Shown here: piece after piece, positions 40,733-54,902 of the stretch
How the letters are laid out: every line of letters starts with the position of its first letter
Position numbering within the stretch: the stretch's first letter is position 1
Assembly (NCBI GenBank): GCA_000934665.2
Contig: KZ538138.1
Span: forward strand, 1 to 64,000
DNA from: Catajapyx aquilonaris
Lineage: Eukaryota
Length of the DNA stretch: 64,000 nt
Direction of reading: 5' to 3'
Notes under the pieces: model-generated
Databases searched by the model: none
What the model was told of the DNA's origin: nothing
What the model saw: only the letters and a program-made list of their open reading frames with translations
Translations under genes and position numbers: made by a program

Positions 40733-41383
40733 GTAAGTTTTGCCCCAGCTTGCCGGATAGACTTTTCTGCTTTCACCAGCGCCTGATCTATGGATTCCCA
40801 AAAGAAGGGTAACCTGCGTGATGTACCCAGAGTTGGTCCTTTGAGGGTACTGAAATGGTCATTACGTAAATCACAGTTTAAGACAGTGGGGCTGCCTCTG
40901 GTCTTCTCTCTTAGCTTAGATGCAGTGAGGCTTATGGAATAGGCCAACTATATAGTACTGTAGTACTTCATGAATTCTCGTGGCCACTTTAACCCATTCA
41001 AGACATGTATTCTCCACTGATAGACTTATGTAAGTTTTAGCTACCTAAATTAATAATTAAGAAAATGCTGGATCTATTATAAGAACAGCCTGCAGGTATA
41101 CATAGTGCTCTTTGAGGATATGTTGTTGAAATAATAATGACAATAGGAAGGAGAGCTTATTATTTATTTGCATTTACTTCACAGCACATTTAACCAGGGA
41201 GTCAAAAGTATAGACAATAGACATAGTGCTCAGGAAATCGCTTTGGGCATGTAGACATTGTTAAATAACCGGTACTGTAACATTCATTGCAGTAGGCATT
41301 CATCGTTCTGTACAGAGTGCATTGTTCAAGGCCTGTAATCTGTACAGCTGAACATTTATGCAAGCTTGGCCGTTGTAGGAACG

Positions 41384-41485
41384 CCTTCCGGCCAACTTTT
41401 CAAAGTTGTTAAGGGATGTCTCAAGGGTAATCTGACCGATACTCTCCCAAGTTGCACAACAGTACAGCAGGTCAGGACGGTTGTA
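41384..41485 (-). mobile_element. Possible degraded CR1/L2-type LINE ORF2 fragment
   Basis: YNRPDLLYCCATWES...LNNFEKLAGR resembles the post-RT motif RPxLEYCxxxW...LExxQxxAxR. Confidence 0.35.
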
Positions 41486-44400
41486 TGCTTCGGCGCTATT
41501 CGAAGTGAATGTGGCTGAAGGTATTGCACGCGGTAGAATAATGGTGCAGTACAATGTTGGGAGCTGTTGAGTCAGTCGTTGCTCAGGCTGGAGGCCATGG
41601 AATGCCATTATTTACTGCGCAGTATATGGCTGAAAACAAGTTAGCGTGCAGTTAAGTTGTGAAGCTTCGACAGCATTCAAATGCATAGGGTGGAACACTG
41701 CATTAAATCTGCTATAAATTAGTGTTAATGGTAGGATTACGCAGAGCTCCGTATCTGACACGCAGTGTCTGTACTTTGTGCTGGTCACATAATTACAGCC
41801 GGTGATTTAAACTAACTAGTTCGTTCCTATACGAGGTAATGTCTGGCCATACAAAAGTTCGTCATACAGTGGATCAATGGTATACGTAAGTGGGAATTCC
41901 TACGTTCGTGTCGCTGCGTGAATCACAGGTAGTTATACCAGACCAACGCATATCAGAAATGGGGCCCCATTCTTCTTCTAGCACCTTGAGTCAAAGCGGA
42001 CTGGAAGTGCTAAAACGGCAATAGCTCTCAACAAACCCAATATCTCGGCCATGTGTGCAGCGAGCTTTACTCGCGATCAACCAGCTCAAAAGGGACACCG
42101 CTTTCCGCTCGCGTGCAAAGAAACCATTTGCAACGCCTGCACTTCAGACCATGTGAACTTGAGTGTTCTAGTTGACATGTGGGTACGGCAGACTTTGGCC
42201 CCAAATGAGAGCTGAATGTAAGCCATCCAGAGCAGCAGTACGCAATGTGTGTGTGTATATATGTGAGGAAGGGGCAGGGCCCGGATGAGCCTCACGAGGC
42301 AAATGGGGCGTGCTGGAGAGTTGGGGCAGGCGGCTGGCTCTGCCGGGGGTTGTCGTGCGTCAAGCAGCAGACCCCCTGCATACGGCAAAAACCTGGTCTC
42401 GACGTTTGCCAAGAGCAAGTCGTGCATATTGGCGCAACTAGGACGGGGCCTCGCATGGCTGCTGGAACCCCCCAAGGCTTCGATTAATCGATTCTTGCAA
42501 CCCCAGCGTAATGGACAAGTAAATCATCCGTCCTCTCGCTATTTATGTGTTTCATGCGCCATTAGCTAGATTGTGGCCCAGGCTTTTTCCTTCAGTATAC
42601 CACCTGCATGCATTTTTATTTATGGCCAACCTAAGACCATAGTGACCGCTCCTTTCAAAAGGAGAAAAAAGTCCATTTGGAATTGGCCATGTCGCCGCCA
42701 GATTAATTTCTCCAATCTCATTACTTGGGGATGTGGGCTAGGGAGTTGGCAGCGAGGAAAATCCATCGATAGCCCAGGTCCGGTCTGGAGAGATCAGAAC
42801 AGCCTAGGTGGGGGTTCTCCCCAGAATTCTGCGGTGAGTTCCACGTCATCCTTGCGCGGAACATAGTCCGCAAGTCAGCTCGGTGCTCAATTAAGCCGGC
42901 TTTATTACCGCCCAGGTTCAGGTGTAATATGCCAGCAGTATACCGCCTACTAGTTCCAATAGAATAATACCTCCCATGTCTTTAGTCAAAGCCAGCAGCC
43001 CCCCCTCAGCCTTAGACCGGCAGGCGAAAATCCCACTGCCAAGAGCTCGCGGAAACGATGGCCCGAAACTTCCGGACTGCTGGCTTGGAATGACGCCATA
43101 TTTTAGCCGCGCCGTACCGCAGATTGCATTGATCTCCCAATATCGAGGAACTGAGGAAGAAGAATAATAAAGAAGAGATGGGTCGGATGAGTGGAGTGGG
43201 GGTGAAGGAAGAGATGGAGGATGCCATCGCTCCTCTCCATACCTCTTGCTTCCGGCTGTAATATTTTCCATTAATATCGTCGAAGGGCTTCCGACTCGAT
43301 CCGAGTCAACACACTTGTAGCCTCAGTCGATTACACGGAGAACAGGCACCAGCCTTTTTTTCTGATTCCATTTTCGTGTGCACTGCCGTACATTGCACGA
43401 GATTACTTTACGAGAGAGAAAATGAAAACGGAAGAAAAGAAGCCGTGTAGGATGTTGCCCAGAGATTGACATCAGGTCCTTACAGAAATGCGTTTAGGTT
43501 GACGCCCATGAGTCGGGCCCGGAGCGTTTGTAATAAATACAGCGAAGAAGTTGGTTTGGCACGTACGTCGTATACCCAGCTGCGAGGACAAGAAGCCGGA
43601 GACGTGACCAGCAGCCGAGCCTTTGAAAGGACGGGGCTTCCTCCTGGTTGGCGGCAGACTACCGGATGACCGCGGGTATGCAGTCAGTCAGAAGCAGGAG
43701 CCCGGACAGGAAGGGCGAGATAAGCTTGTCGCTGTAGCCAACGGGCTCGACTTATCGGCGTCGGAAGCGATGGACGCAATTTGCAGCCCAATCGCCGCCG
43801 CATCTCATATCGCAATATCAGCCACTGGCGTATGTGACGTGGTCGATATATCGAGCGGACAATCCAACCCTGCCTCTGCTAGCCTGGCTAGCTGGCCTGG
43901 CAATTACCTGACTGCCCCACCAAAGTCAGAGCAAGGCCCGGTCACAACTGATCTTTTCCTCAGTTCGCTTCCGCCCTTAAATACCGCCTTGCGTCAGCAG
44001 ATTGACGGCCTCGACCTCTAATGTCTCCGGATGGCGCTTCCGGACCAACTGACCGCCACACGTGTCCTCCACGTACAAACACGCACGATCGACGAAGAGG
44101 TGCATTTGAGCACATGAGGCACCAGGTTAAGTATATCCAGATGGCCGTTACAAGTGAGGAGACGTTGGACTTCTCCAAACGGGCGAGGGTGTCGTCGCGT
44201 CGCGCTCCCTTCCCAACTATTTCTCCCCTCGTCCTCCCTTCTCCTCTCCCTTTTTCTCTTTCTGTCGCCACCTTCCCCCATGGGAGATAAGACGGCGTCC
44301 CACGCACTTCATCGACCGGAGGGGCTGTGCTTGCTTTCACGTGATCCGATCGGGATGCAACACCAACTTAGATTTCAAGGGGTGTTGTGGAGGCAGATAA

Positions 44401-46701
44401 AAGCGCGGCCAAGTTGAAGCGATTTCATGATACTTTGTAGGTAAGAGAGAAAAAAAAGTATGTTCGACCACATAATGTGCAAGGTTTCCTGTAATGGTAA
44501 CAGGCCGTGAGAAGCAATGGCTGCTGAATCGGAAAAGCGTTTGGAAAAGCGAATGATAGGATATAGACCTGTGTTTTTCTCTTTTTGCTGCATCACCGGG
44601 CCAAGGAGATTGTGCCACTATGATTTCCCCATTCTTTTTACCCTTTTTTCTTGTGCAAGTTGCTGGGCGGCGAGAATGTTCAGGCCCTGTAATTTCCCGT
44701 CGTCTCTTATCTGCTAGGGCTGCAGGCGCAAGCCATTCTTTTCTTTTGGCAGATGTTTATTTCGCATGTAGCCTCCTGAATCACTAGGTCAGACTGTCTA
44801 ATTTTACTTTGAAAGTAGAGATATCAAGGAATTTTATTTTATATTCATTGGCGATACGCGGTGAATTTTTCGCATATACGGTACACTGTATGATCAATGA
44901 TATCTCGATTGTTGCTACAGCATATTTTGCATGATTTTTTGGTGTATGATTTCAAGATCAAATTACAATCACGGTGCCTTGTTTTTCTGCATACATGTAA
45001 ACTCCAATTTTATTTCAAGAGCTGATGTCCCTGTGTGAGGCGAGTAAACACCAACACGAGTGTGAAAACAAATACATTCTCACACTCGACTTCTGCGATT
45101 TTTTGAAGCTCGGGCTCTGATTACAAGGTTTGCGCTTTGTCACACACTATCCTGGTGTTCAAACATCCTCTTCCGCCACTTCACCGATATGTCCCCATCA
45201 GGCCGCAATCAAAAAAATTTCGTTTGTGGATCATGTTTCGTCGGTTGTTTCCGAAACGTCCCTAGCATTCAGGTCGTGTGTCGCAAATGTGTCAAGATTA
45301 GCTGCAGATCTCGCAACAACCCCCGAAATCATAGCAGGGCTCGTAGGAAAATGTTTGTCAACTCCTGTCGCGCTGATAATTCTGCGCTAAAAACGTAATC
45401 AGGGGGAGGACAGGCGGAATGTCAATGCGCCACCGACATTGATGGAATTTTAATCCTTTCGTTTTCCCCCGGTTTATCCCAACCGCTGCCGCTAATTTAC
45501 CGCAGAGGTCCAAAACTCAGCCCCTTGCACTGCCCTAGTCGCAATCACTGCCATTCTTCCTCTGCCAACAATTCCACCACACACACCCCCCAAAAAAAGA
45601 ACTCAAAATATAAAATCCCCCAGAAATGGAGCAGGGGTTCGCGGCTTGCAGCATGAAATTATAGACGATTATTGTTATCCGGCGGCTAAAACCTAGCGGA
45701 GCAACAATTTCATTTTTTTTTGCGCTCTCCCTGGTGGGAGGGGGCAAAATTAACTCCCCGAATGAAAAATTCAGCTGTGCCAATGCAAACAGGTTCAGCT
45801 GCACCGTAATGAGGGGATGAAAAGATTTGTTTGTATGTGTTTAGCCGGATTTGTTGGAGGAGAGCAGGGGCCACTGCATGTACCTGCTACCACAATGGGA
45901 ATGAGTAAGTATCCGCCAGCAAAAATGTAATTACTTGCTTCGCTTTCTTTCCCATTACAAAGCGGAGCGTTAATCCTTTGTAGTGCAAATAAATAAAAAT
46001 GAAGCCAGAGGAATTAATTGGGATTGTTGTGACGCGACCTTATGACATCCCTACATTTTGTAGTCAACCCAATTTTTTTTGAGAGAGAGAACTACAGGGG
46101 GAGATTAGTTTGGGAGTAATGTCTAGGGGGCCCTTGTCAGATGTATATTAATTTACGGGGTATCGACACACCCCGTGCCATGTGATGATACGGCGAAAAT
46201 CCCTGGCTGTGAGTGCGAATTTTGTCCATTTATTCGGACGATTCTCAACGGGGTTCAAAAATAATATGCGTCCGTTCTATATGCAAGATGGCGATTTTTC
46301 ACCGTTATTTATGTCTCATGCGATATCCTGATTTTAGCGAATTTGTCATACATATTCTGAGTATGGTCCGTGCAGGAAGAAAAGGGGAAATTTTTCTCTG
46401 GATAAAACAAGGTCGGGTTTTGAACGTGTAGTGTATCGAGTACAGGCTAGGGTTGGGTGGAAACGGGTGGGGAGGTCTGCAATTAGCTTATCGGGTTTTC
46501 ACCTGGCCATCCATCATGCTTAGGGCGCAGGGGGCAGGCAGCTACAAGCCGCCCATTCCATGCAATTCCTGAGCTTACATCCGCAGCCTCTTCCGTCCCA
46601 GATCGCCTTCATTTGTGGTGCCCTCCTGTGCGTGACCTTTCACCTGACGCCTCTTACACACATTGTGTTTCCTCCAAATGCGCCATATCACACCTACTGT
46701 A

Positions 46702-46900
46702 AAAATCGATGAAAATTTTGTGTCGGGTCAAAGGTTACCTATACGATAATATGATCGAACCCCGAGAAAATCGATGAAAATTTTGTGTCGGGTCAAAGGT
46801 TACCTATACGATAATATGATCGAACCCCGAGAAAATCGATGAAAATTTTGTGTCGGGTCAAAGGTTACCTATATGATAATATGATCGAACCCCGAGAAAA
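46702..46900. repeat. 65-bp tandem repeat, 3 near-identical copies
   Basis: AAAATCGATGAAAATTTTGTGTCGGGTC...GAACCCCGAG at 46702, 46767 and 46832, with one substitution. Confidence 0.97.
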
Positions 46901-48249
46901 CCCACGCGAAAAAGCGACTTGAGGTTGTACCGTCTTGAAAACTGGCGAATTCATGCATCGGGGTCACATAAAAAAGTAGGGGAATGTACTCGAGGGAAAT
47001 TCGGTCCAATTTTATGTTTCATGTGTCAACTAAACGCGGAATTGGGTAGAACACGAGCCCGGTTTTTGTCGGCGGGGTCGCAAAGAATGAATATAGAAAT
47101 AGCCAGGGTATAGGGGTTAGGAAGCACGCAATGCCTTTTTGTGGATATACCCAGCGAGCGGTCAGAAAAACATGTGCAGTCCATCAGGTAGGCAGATTCT
47201 TTCTTCTGCATCTGCCCTCCCCCCCCCCCCCCCAAAAAAAAAAAAATCTATTTTTTTCACGGGAGGTTTCTCCCTTGGGGAGCATGAAAGATGCAACATC
47301 AAAGTGCGCTGCTGTTGCTGCAACTCTCGACAGCTGATGCTCTTGCTGGAAAAGCTGCCGTTTCAGCCAACTTTGCTCTGAAATTTACAGGGGTCCCCTG
47401 GAATAGGAATGAGGCTGGTAGAGCCTCAAATCCCGTCGGTGCCTGACTGCTTGTCTGCCTGTATCCAGGCGCAGGTTGTGCCATTTCACTTTCACTTGAC
47501 ATACCCTGTGCTATGTCTCACCGGAGTTTAGGATTATACACTTCTTGATGGATACTGAGAAATGGGGAGGTGGAAATGGATGTCTGACCTATAAACGCTC
47601 TATCAATAGAGCTGTAGACAAATATCACTGTACAACCCACTTTTTTTTCTCTGCCTAAAGTGCTTGTCAGAACTAACACCAAAATGTGATTTCCGGCAGC
47701 CAGTCCAGTAACTGGAATGCACTTTGGATCCACAGTTAGATTTGTGGAGCACTCTCGCATGAGGTCACATATCATTCAGTCAAAATTGAGTTATGGCCGC
47801 CAAATGCCTTCTGAAATATACTACCTTCCAACAGGCTGAAGTGGTAGAGCCAACAATTGTTTATTTTTGTCCACATATAACACTACATTGACACATTTGC
47901 AGTACTTGCCCAGTTAAAAAGTAGCAGAAGCTATATGCCGAGAGACTAACCAGTGTCCCAACAGTGGTGTGCGCTGTAATAAGCTTCAGCTTTGTGGATG
48001 GACGCTTCGGACGCAAGCAAGGTTTGTCCTGCAGCCATGTTTGGTTGGCCGGATAGGATCGGTGCTGGACTAAGGACCGTGTTTACAAAGGGACGCCATG
48101 CAAAACGGGGGGACAGATTATACGTTGGCGCAAAATTTGTTGGCAGCGCTAATCAGCCTTAGGAAATGAGTTGGCATTCAAGCCGCAATAGCCCGCATTC
48201 AAAATGAGATGATTAGGCCGATCAACACAGCCAGACTATACACGTACCC

Positions 48250-48251
<2 letters not shown>

Positions 48252-48302
<51 letters not shown>
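48252..48302. repeat. (CT)n microsatellite
   Basis: Directly visible. Confidence 0.98.
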
Positions 48303-48304
<2 letters not shown>

Positions 48305-51300
48305 CTCTCCAAAAATTGCAATCCTCTACTGGCACATGCTGAATCTCGCAGAGGTCACTTTTTTGCAAATATTTCCGAGCAGTATTTTGGGTCTGCCTCT
48401 TCGATCCATCTGAGATGCTCCTTTTGTCTTCTACAACACCACCTATTTCGGACTCTTCATTTTTCCTACCTGACCTCGAATAGTTCTAGGCGAGACCTAC
48501 AGTACATTTTCCCGATCGTGTGCCTTAGAGAGTTGTCGGCGCTGAACACTTTAATTGCCTCGATTTCCCCCGTACCTTTCGTTCGAGAAAGGAATTTGTT
48601 GCTCTGATTTATTTTATTTACTGTGAGCTACACCGGGATTCTGTACAGTGTGTATCTCCCCATTCTTTTTTGTGTCATTATTTCCTTGCTTTTATACATT
48701 TAAGGTGTTTATTGGGCTTACCAACCATTAAGTTCTCAAGTCCACACTAAAATACTATATCAAACAATACACAATAGCATATAGCAATACACAAATCAAC
48801 AATATTGCTTTTATACAGTATTCCTTGTGACTAACGGCCGCTCCTCTTTAAAGCTGTACCAGTAGGCATTGTAGGTTCCAGCACAATATACTGTAGCAAG
48901 GACATTCTTCTTTAATCCTAAAGTTAATTACTTTCTGATACTGCGAATTTAGGACTGATTGATTAGTAAAGATGGCTGATTATTACACCTACATTGGCTA
49001 ACGTTTTCCAAAAAGGAGAGTAGCCTACTGTAACTAGATTTGTTTTTGAAATTGGTACACTATAAGTTATCTTTTGCAATGTTGATGTTGTAACAGTTCA
49101 GGCTTAGCTACCCTCTGCTCAGACCAACCTATGCACCAATTTTACGCCCAAGTTATTACACCACTTGTAGACCTATACATAATATTTTCGACGAAAAGCC
49201 TCCTCCAGGCAAAAAAGCATTTGTAGACTTTAGAGAGCAGAGTGCACTGATCGGGTTTCTGAAGTTTAAATATATATACTTACTTAATAGAAACGAATCG
49301 CTTTAAAGATACTTCCAAACCCAAAATAGCACACTAGAAATGTCCAGTAACGAAGAATTTGCAGTAAGTGAAGATATATGCATGTATATGTAGATTCCCT
49401 TTAGATATAGCCCTAAAACCGAATGACTGGCTTAACTTGAATTATACTGGCATTTTATGGAAGAATTTTCTGAACTTTTAAAATGACATTTTATTCCCTT
49501 TAAACCTTTCGGCAGCACAGACATACCACAATATGCCCAAAAGAGTGGTGGTTATATCCACATCGGACTAAGCAACGGTATATTCAGGAGGCAATTTTGC
49601 AAAAATCTTGCGACATTACAGGTCGACGACATGCATCCAAAGAGAGCAGTAATATTGAGGCTGGTTACTACTGTACCCGGAAATCCCGAGCCACGGCTTA
49701 CTATTCAGCAATAGTGCTGTAGGCCTATTATATTTCGCGCGTATCCACGTACGCTGCAGAGTAAGAGTCTTACAGGATTTCCCCGGATCTCTGAATCTAC
49801 TGATTCCTGTCCTAGGGTGTGCTGTATGGGATTAAAAAGAAATCCCCGATCATTTTGCATTCAAGACTGGCGGGATTTTAATATCTGGCGGCGTAGGTTT
49901 TTCAGTGGAAAGCAGGATTTGTGGCTAAGGCGGAGCTGCAACGTTTAGGTTCAGCGTTGCGAATTAAATCCGCTGTTGTTCCTACCTCAGTGCAAAAAAA
50001 GAACTCGCGAAAAAGTGAAACTCCCCAAAGAGGCAATCGCCCATTGTCCTGATCAAGATCGCTGTTTTGCAGTAATCCGACTGTAATTGCATTCATTTTT
50101 TTCTCTCTCGTTTGCATGGTTTTGAACATTGTTTAAAAAATACGAGGCATTTACCCAAATGAATAATTCACGATCGTGCTTTACGGATGGTTAATTTGGG
50201 AGATAAATGGAAATGACCAACCTCCTTCTATGGAATTTTATTTCCCTTTTACTTTACGACCGAGAGGGGCACAAATTTAGCGCCCATTCTATATTTGAGT
50301 TACGATTGCTGCAGGAGAAAACAGCAGCCTATTAGACAACAGCAGGCGATAAAATCCGTAGTGTCTGCGTCCATCTTGCGGGCTTGATGTGTCCCTACGA
50401 TGGACTCGCGTCTCCTACAGCTAAGGCTCATTTGACGGTGCCAACGAGCTGCGTAGGAATTCGGTCTACTGCGACATCAAGGCCTGGAATCTCCTTGTGT
50501 GGCTTGTCGAGTAATTACAACAAAATGGACCCTCACATTTTTAAAATTTTTCCCGCCTAAATCGATCCAAGATGGCCGACCTTATGGTGCTTCCAAATAG
50601 GTCAGTTTTTGCAGCCGTAAAACAGTTTTGTCAAGGAACGGTGTGACGCGCGCAATTTACTACTCGTGCGGCCGAAAGGAAGCGCAAGATGGAGTCGTAG
50701 GTTCAAAGAGGACGCGCCATAAAGCAAGCTCTTCTTTCCAGATTGGCCCAGTTTAGCTTCCATTTCCGACACGCCTTAGGAAATTCTTTTCAGAATTTCT
50801 TTATCATCCCTGAAATACACGGCTCGTTTTTTTCCCCCCCATCGCATCGCCGAGCTCCCTCACAAAGTTTGTCTACTTTTTTTTGGCTATGGATATACAC
50901 TGTACATTATTTTTATTCAGCTCTTCTCTTGGTTGCAGAGCTAGCTCTTAACGACATTATTGCATGCCACTTATGAAAATGAAACATTTTTTTAAAGGAA
51001 ACGTATCATGGGGGGTAATTGCGTCTTAGGAGGCTGCTACACTTGTACAATAGGCCTATGAGTTACTCAAACTTGCAAAGCTTCATGTAGAAACCACTGA
51101 ACCGGATGTTGGGAGTGAGTAGGGCCTATAGGTTTCAGAAGGAATGACAAATAAGGCTGTGGTTTGAACAGAGTGAAAGCTCGCATACGGAGTATGATGC
51201 TGCCCTTTGTTGTTTAGTGATGCATACACATTTGCATGCCAATTTCTCACCTGATTGACAAGCAAGGTTTTTCCTGAAAAATTGAATTTTAAATCACATG

Positions 51301-52813
51301 TTTGAACTCTGCTCCCTGCATGTATGGCAAAGGCCAGACTGTAGCCCATAAATTATGTAAAGATAATCGGTTTTTATAATCTTTGACCCGCATCTACCCT
51401 ACCAATGTAGCAACTCCCTAGCCAATTGCGTAACACTGAAGTACACAACGCAATTTCCGTCCATATTATTATTATTATTATTATTATAATTATTATAATT
51501 ATTATATGAGGTGGATAGGGAGTGTAAAAGAGTATCTGTGAGTTGGTAGAGGTTGGCAGAGAAAAGCAGAGGGGATATTTGTGCCGTGGAGTGCGGGCTC
51601 ATTTGAGTAACATGAGGCACTTAGCTGGAAGGCAGTGCAAACGCAGGCAAATGGGGCGCGAATCAGGCACCAAGTCTGCCTCTGCCAGACTAATGATGAC
51701 CCAGGCTTCTACCGCCCTCTCTGCATAGGGTCAGTACCTATCAAAAGTCATTTTCGCCATCTTTGCACTGATTGTCAATCTGGGGGTGCATAGATACTCA
51801 GAACAATTTCAGAGAGGTCGGCTCTGGCAAAAAAAAAATGACTCATTTGCATGAATGTATTATTGGGTTGGATTGATGGCGGGCATAAATCGCGCAACCT
51901 GCGCTCTGTGAAATATTATTTTCATCTTTAGGGCGGAAATTCGGGGGAGCCAAATGAACCATGGCGGAGGATAGTTATGCCGGCCGCCACTAAAAAACCT
52001 AACTCCGATCATTTAATCGTCGGACAATTTCAGTGCTCCGAAAAGCTCCCATATTTGATAGAATGGAAAAATGGGTGCTGTTTGGGAAAGAATTATGATT
52101 GTATCGATGCGGAATCTGAGAAAATAATCATCGACTTGATTCGATGGATCCAATTAGAGCGTTTTCATCATATTGGAACGGTATAAATTTACAATTTGGC
52201 ATCGATAATGGCTGGGGTAATCAAGTCAATCGTATGACGTTTGGCCCACCCCAGTTTAGCCCCCCCTAAAATGTAAGCAGCAAATCCATGCCCGTCAGCG
52301 TTATATCCCTGCAAAAATTGGCCCTTGCTGTACCAGCAGGCGGTCCGGACAGGTATAGCACGTACATTTTTTTTTGGCAAAAAGACTTTTTTTTCCAGCC
52401 ATTCTCTCGTGCGCCGCCAACATGCGGCTTTCGGGGGGGGAAATTCTGTTAGTTTGTGAACTTTTTGCCTACAACCTACCCTATATAACTCCACATAATA
52501 TACGTGAGCTTCTCTCTCTGGCAAGGCTTGACTTTTCTAGGGAGGGGTAGGCTCTCTCCCATTTCGATTTGCTGCTGGACTCAGACGTGCTATTTGCTTT
52601 TTATTTATACGACAGGTCATAATTTCGAGGGGCCCTGCTGCATCTCGCCAGATATGTCACATTAACTCAGTCATGCGTCTCCTCCTGAAATTGCTGCTGG
52701 CGCCTTAATGCTCAGGATCCGCACCACTTCTTCCAGTGTAGTCGCGCATACATTGCCTTTCCCTGTTTTGCCTGTATGATCTGTACCCTCCGCTTCTGAA
52801 ACCCCCCCCCCCC

Positions 52814-52972
52814 NNNNNNNNNNNNNNNNNNNNNNNNNNNNNNNNNNNNNNNNNNNNNNNNNNNNNNNNNNNNNNNNNNNNNNNNNNNNNNNNNNNNNNN
52901 NNNNNNNNNNNNNNNNNNNNNNNNNNNNNNNNNNNNNNNNNNNNNNNNNNNNNNNNNNNNNNNNNNNNNNNN
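52814..52972. other. Assembly gap
   Basis: N run between poly-C and poly-G. Confidence 1.
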
Positions 52973-54819
52973 GGGGGGGAAATGGTGTGTCAGAAAAATA
53001 CAGATGCTCTTTACTTAACGACCCGGCAGTTTCTGTCCAAGCTGTTCTCATTCCTCGACGTTAGGTTTTGACAGGTTATGGTACATCCCAAGGCAATTAT
53101 TCCTGTTCCCCATTACTGATGGTTGTTATTTGGCCCACAATAGGAAAGTCTGGGGGTCGTTTAAGCATCCTGTCATGGCCACGACTCTGCCTGGCCACGC
53201 CTTCTGGCTTCAAAGGATCCCTTCCAGGATTGATTTTGGTGTGTGCCACGATAATTTTGAGCAGAAGTTGTTCCTAATAGTGTTAGTACGAAAAATGTTG
53301 TTTGAATAGTGGAAATCTGGGCTTGAAAGTTGCGAATTTGTTATTTTTCTGCATTTGAAATGGCCATAGGTGTTAGGAAACTGCTCGAATTTTAATTTAA
53401 TTAAAGTTTCATTTTTATGCCAATTGCAGGTGATTGCAATATTTTGTGTTGCATATCATTCACGAACAGCAATTTTCATACGAATTATTGAAAATGCACG
53501 TATGTACTGTACATTGTTTACGACGTGTTCCAATGACTAGTCTATATCCTTTGCATCTGCTGAGTAGTTTAAGTAAATTAAAGGGTATGGAATTAACTGT
53601 GGGAGACCTAATCACAAAATTTTGGCAAAGCTTGAGTGTGACCCGAATTGAAAAGATGAAGTCATATCTTCTTCAGAGAATCCCCAAGTATATTCAGGGT
53701 CTCCTATCAGAGGGGTGCAGTCTGCATCTCAACCTTGTAAATAGAGAAAGGGTAGTTTTCCTGAGTGGTCTTGCCCCCACCCCCCCCCACCCCCTCACCC
53801 CCCTTGAGAGACCATGGAATTTCTCTCTGCTAATGAAACTGCAGCCGTTCGCCTTAAACCGGCTCATTTTTCCACCATGAATTATCGATATGACGTAATG
53901 TTTGAGTTAGCGGGCCTCCCCCCAACGAAGCCCTGAGGTGTTTGCATTAATCCCAGGAGAAGTGAATTAGCATCCAAGTTCGATGGTGAGATATTCCCAA
54001 CTTAAGAGAGCTGTTATCTGGAGTGGAAATTATGCAGATATTGCGGCAACAGGAGGGCAAAATCACTGAGCGTCACCTCCCGCTACGCTGCAACCAATAG
54101 GAAGCCACGCGATTTTAATATGGTTCTCCACACGGGGATTCCCCGCAAAAATTTTTTTAGAGGTGGTCCAAGCACCTAATGAAGGACAGGCATGAAAAAT
54201 GTGTGGCGACATCTGCAGTGCCTCCCTTGACGCTGGTATACACACACGCGGATGCACATATGCACACATGGATACGCCTTCGGCTAAGGTTTGTGATGTG
54301 GTGCGGATTCAGTCTCCTCCAATCAGGAGACAGAAATCAGGGCTGGAAAATGCAGGTAGGACATAGTAATGGATGCGCGGTGTTGGGATAGTATAATGGA
54401 GTGGGACTGCACTCTTCTGGCAACTTTGCGGCTTTTCTCGGACTCATTCCAAGCCACACAACCGTCCCCCGGGGGCCTCCCGCTGCTGTTGCTAGATTTC
54501 AATATGGCGGTGTGTAACACAGGGTGCTTTTTGAACCCATGTGCTGGTTCAAATTCCTGAAAATTTATGAGAAAACTTGTGGCCTAAAAGAATCAATCTA
54601 ATACTGACTATTTTAATGACAAATAAAATTATTTGTTTAATAATATGCAGCTTCAATAGTACTAAACGATGATTGTTGCACGCATGTTATGACGAAAATT
54701 TGGTTTTTTATTAATTATTATTTAAACGGAAAGTGAGACACTTTATAACTACCGCGCCCGTAGCCAAAATTTGGCAAACCCACCGGCCCCCTACCCCCGG
54801 CCTGATGATTTAGTGCCGG

Positions 54820-54902
54820 GATCAGAAGGTGGCAGCACTCACCAGGGGCCCTTCCATCTTTCCGCCGCGATCAGAAGGTGGCAGCACTCACCAGGGGCCC
54901 TT
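54820..54902. repeat. 34-bp perfect direct repeat (period 49) containing CTCF-like motifs
   Basis: GATCAGAAGGTGGCAGCACTCACCAGGGGCCCTT at 54820 and 54869. Confidence 0.85.

Noticed and set aside
43466..44417. Cluster of GC-rich ORFs as a gene
   Set aside because: Overlapping short ORFs on both strands with no domain or consistent splice structure.
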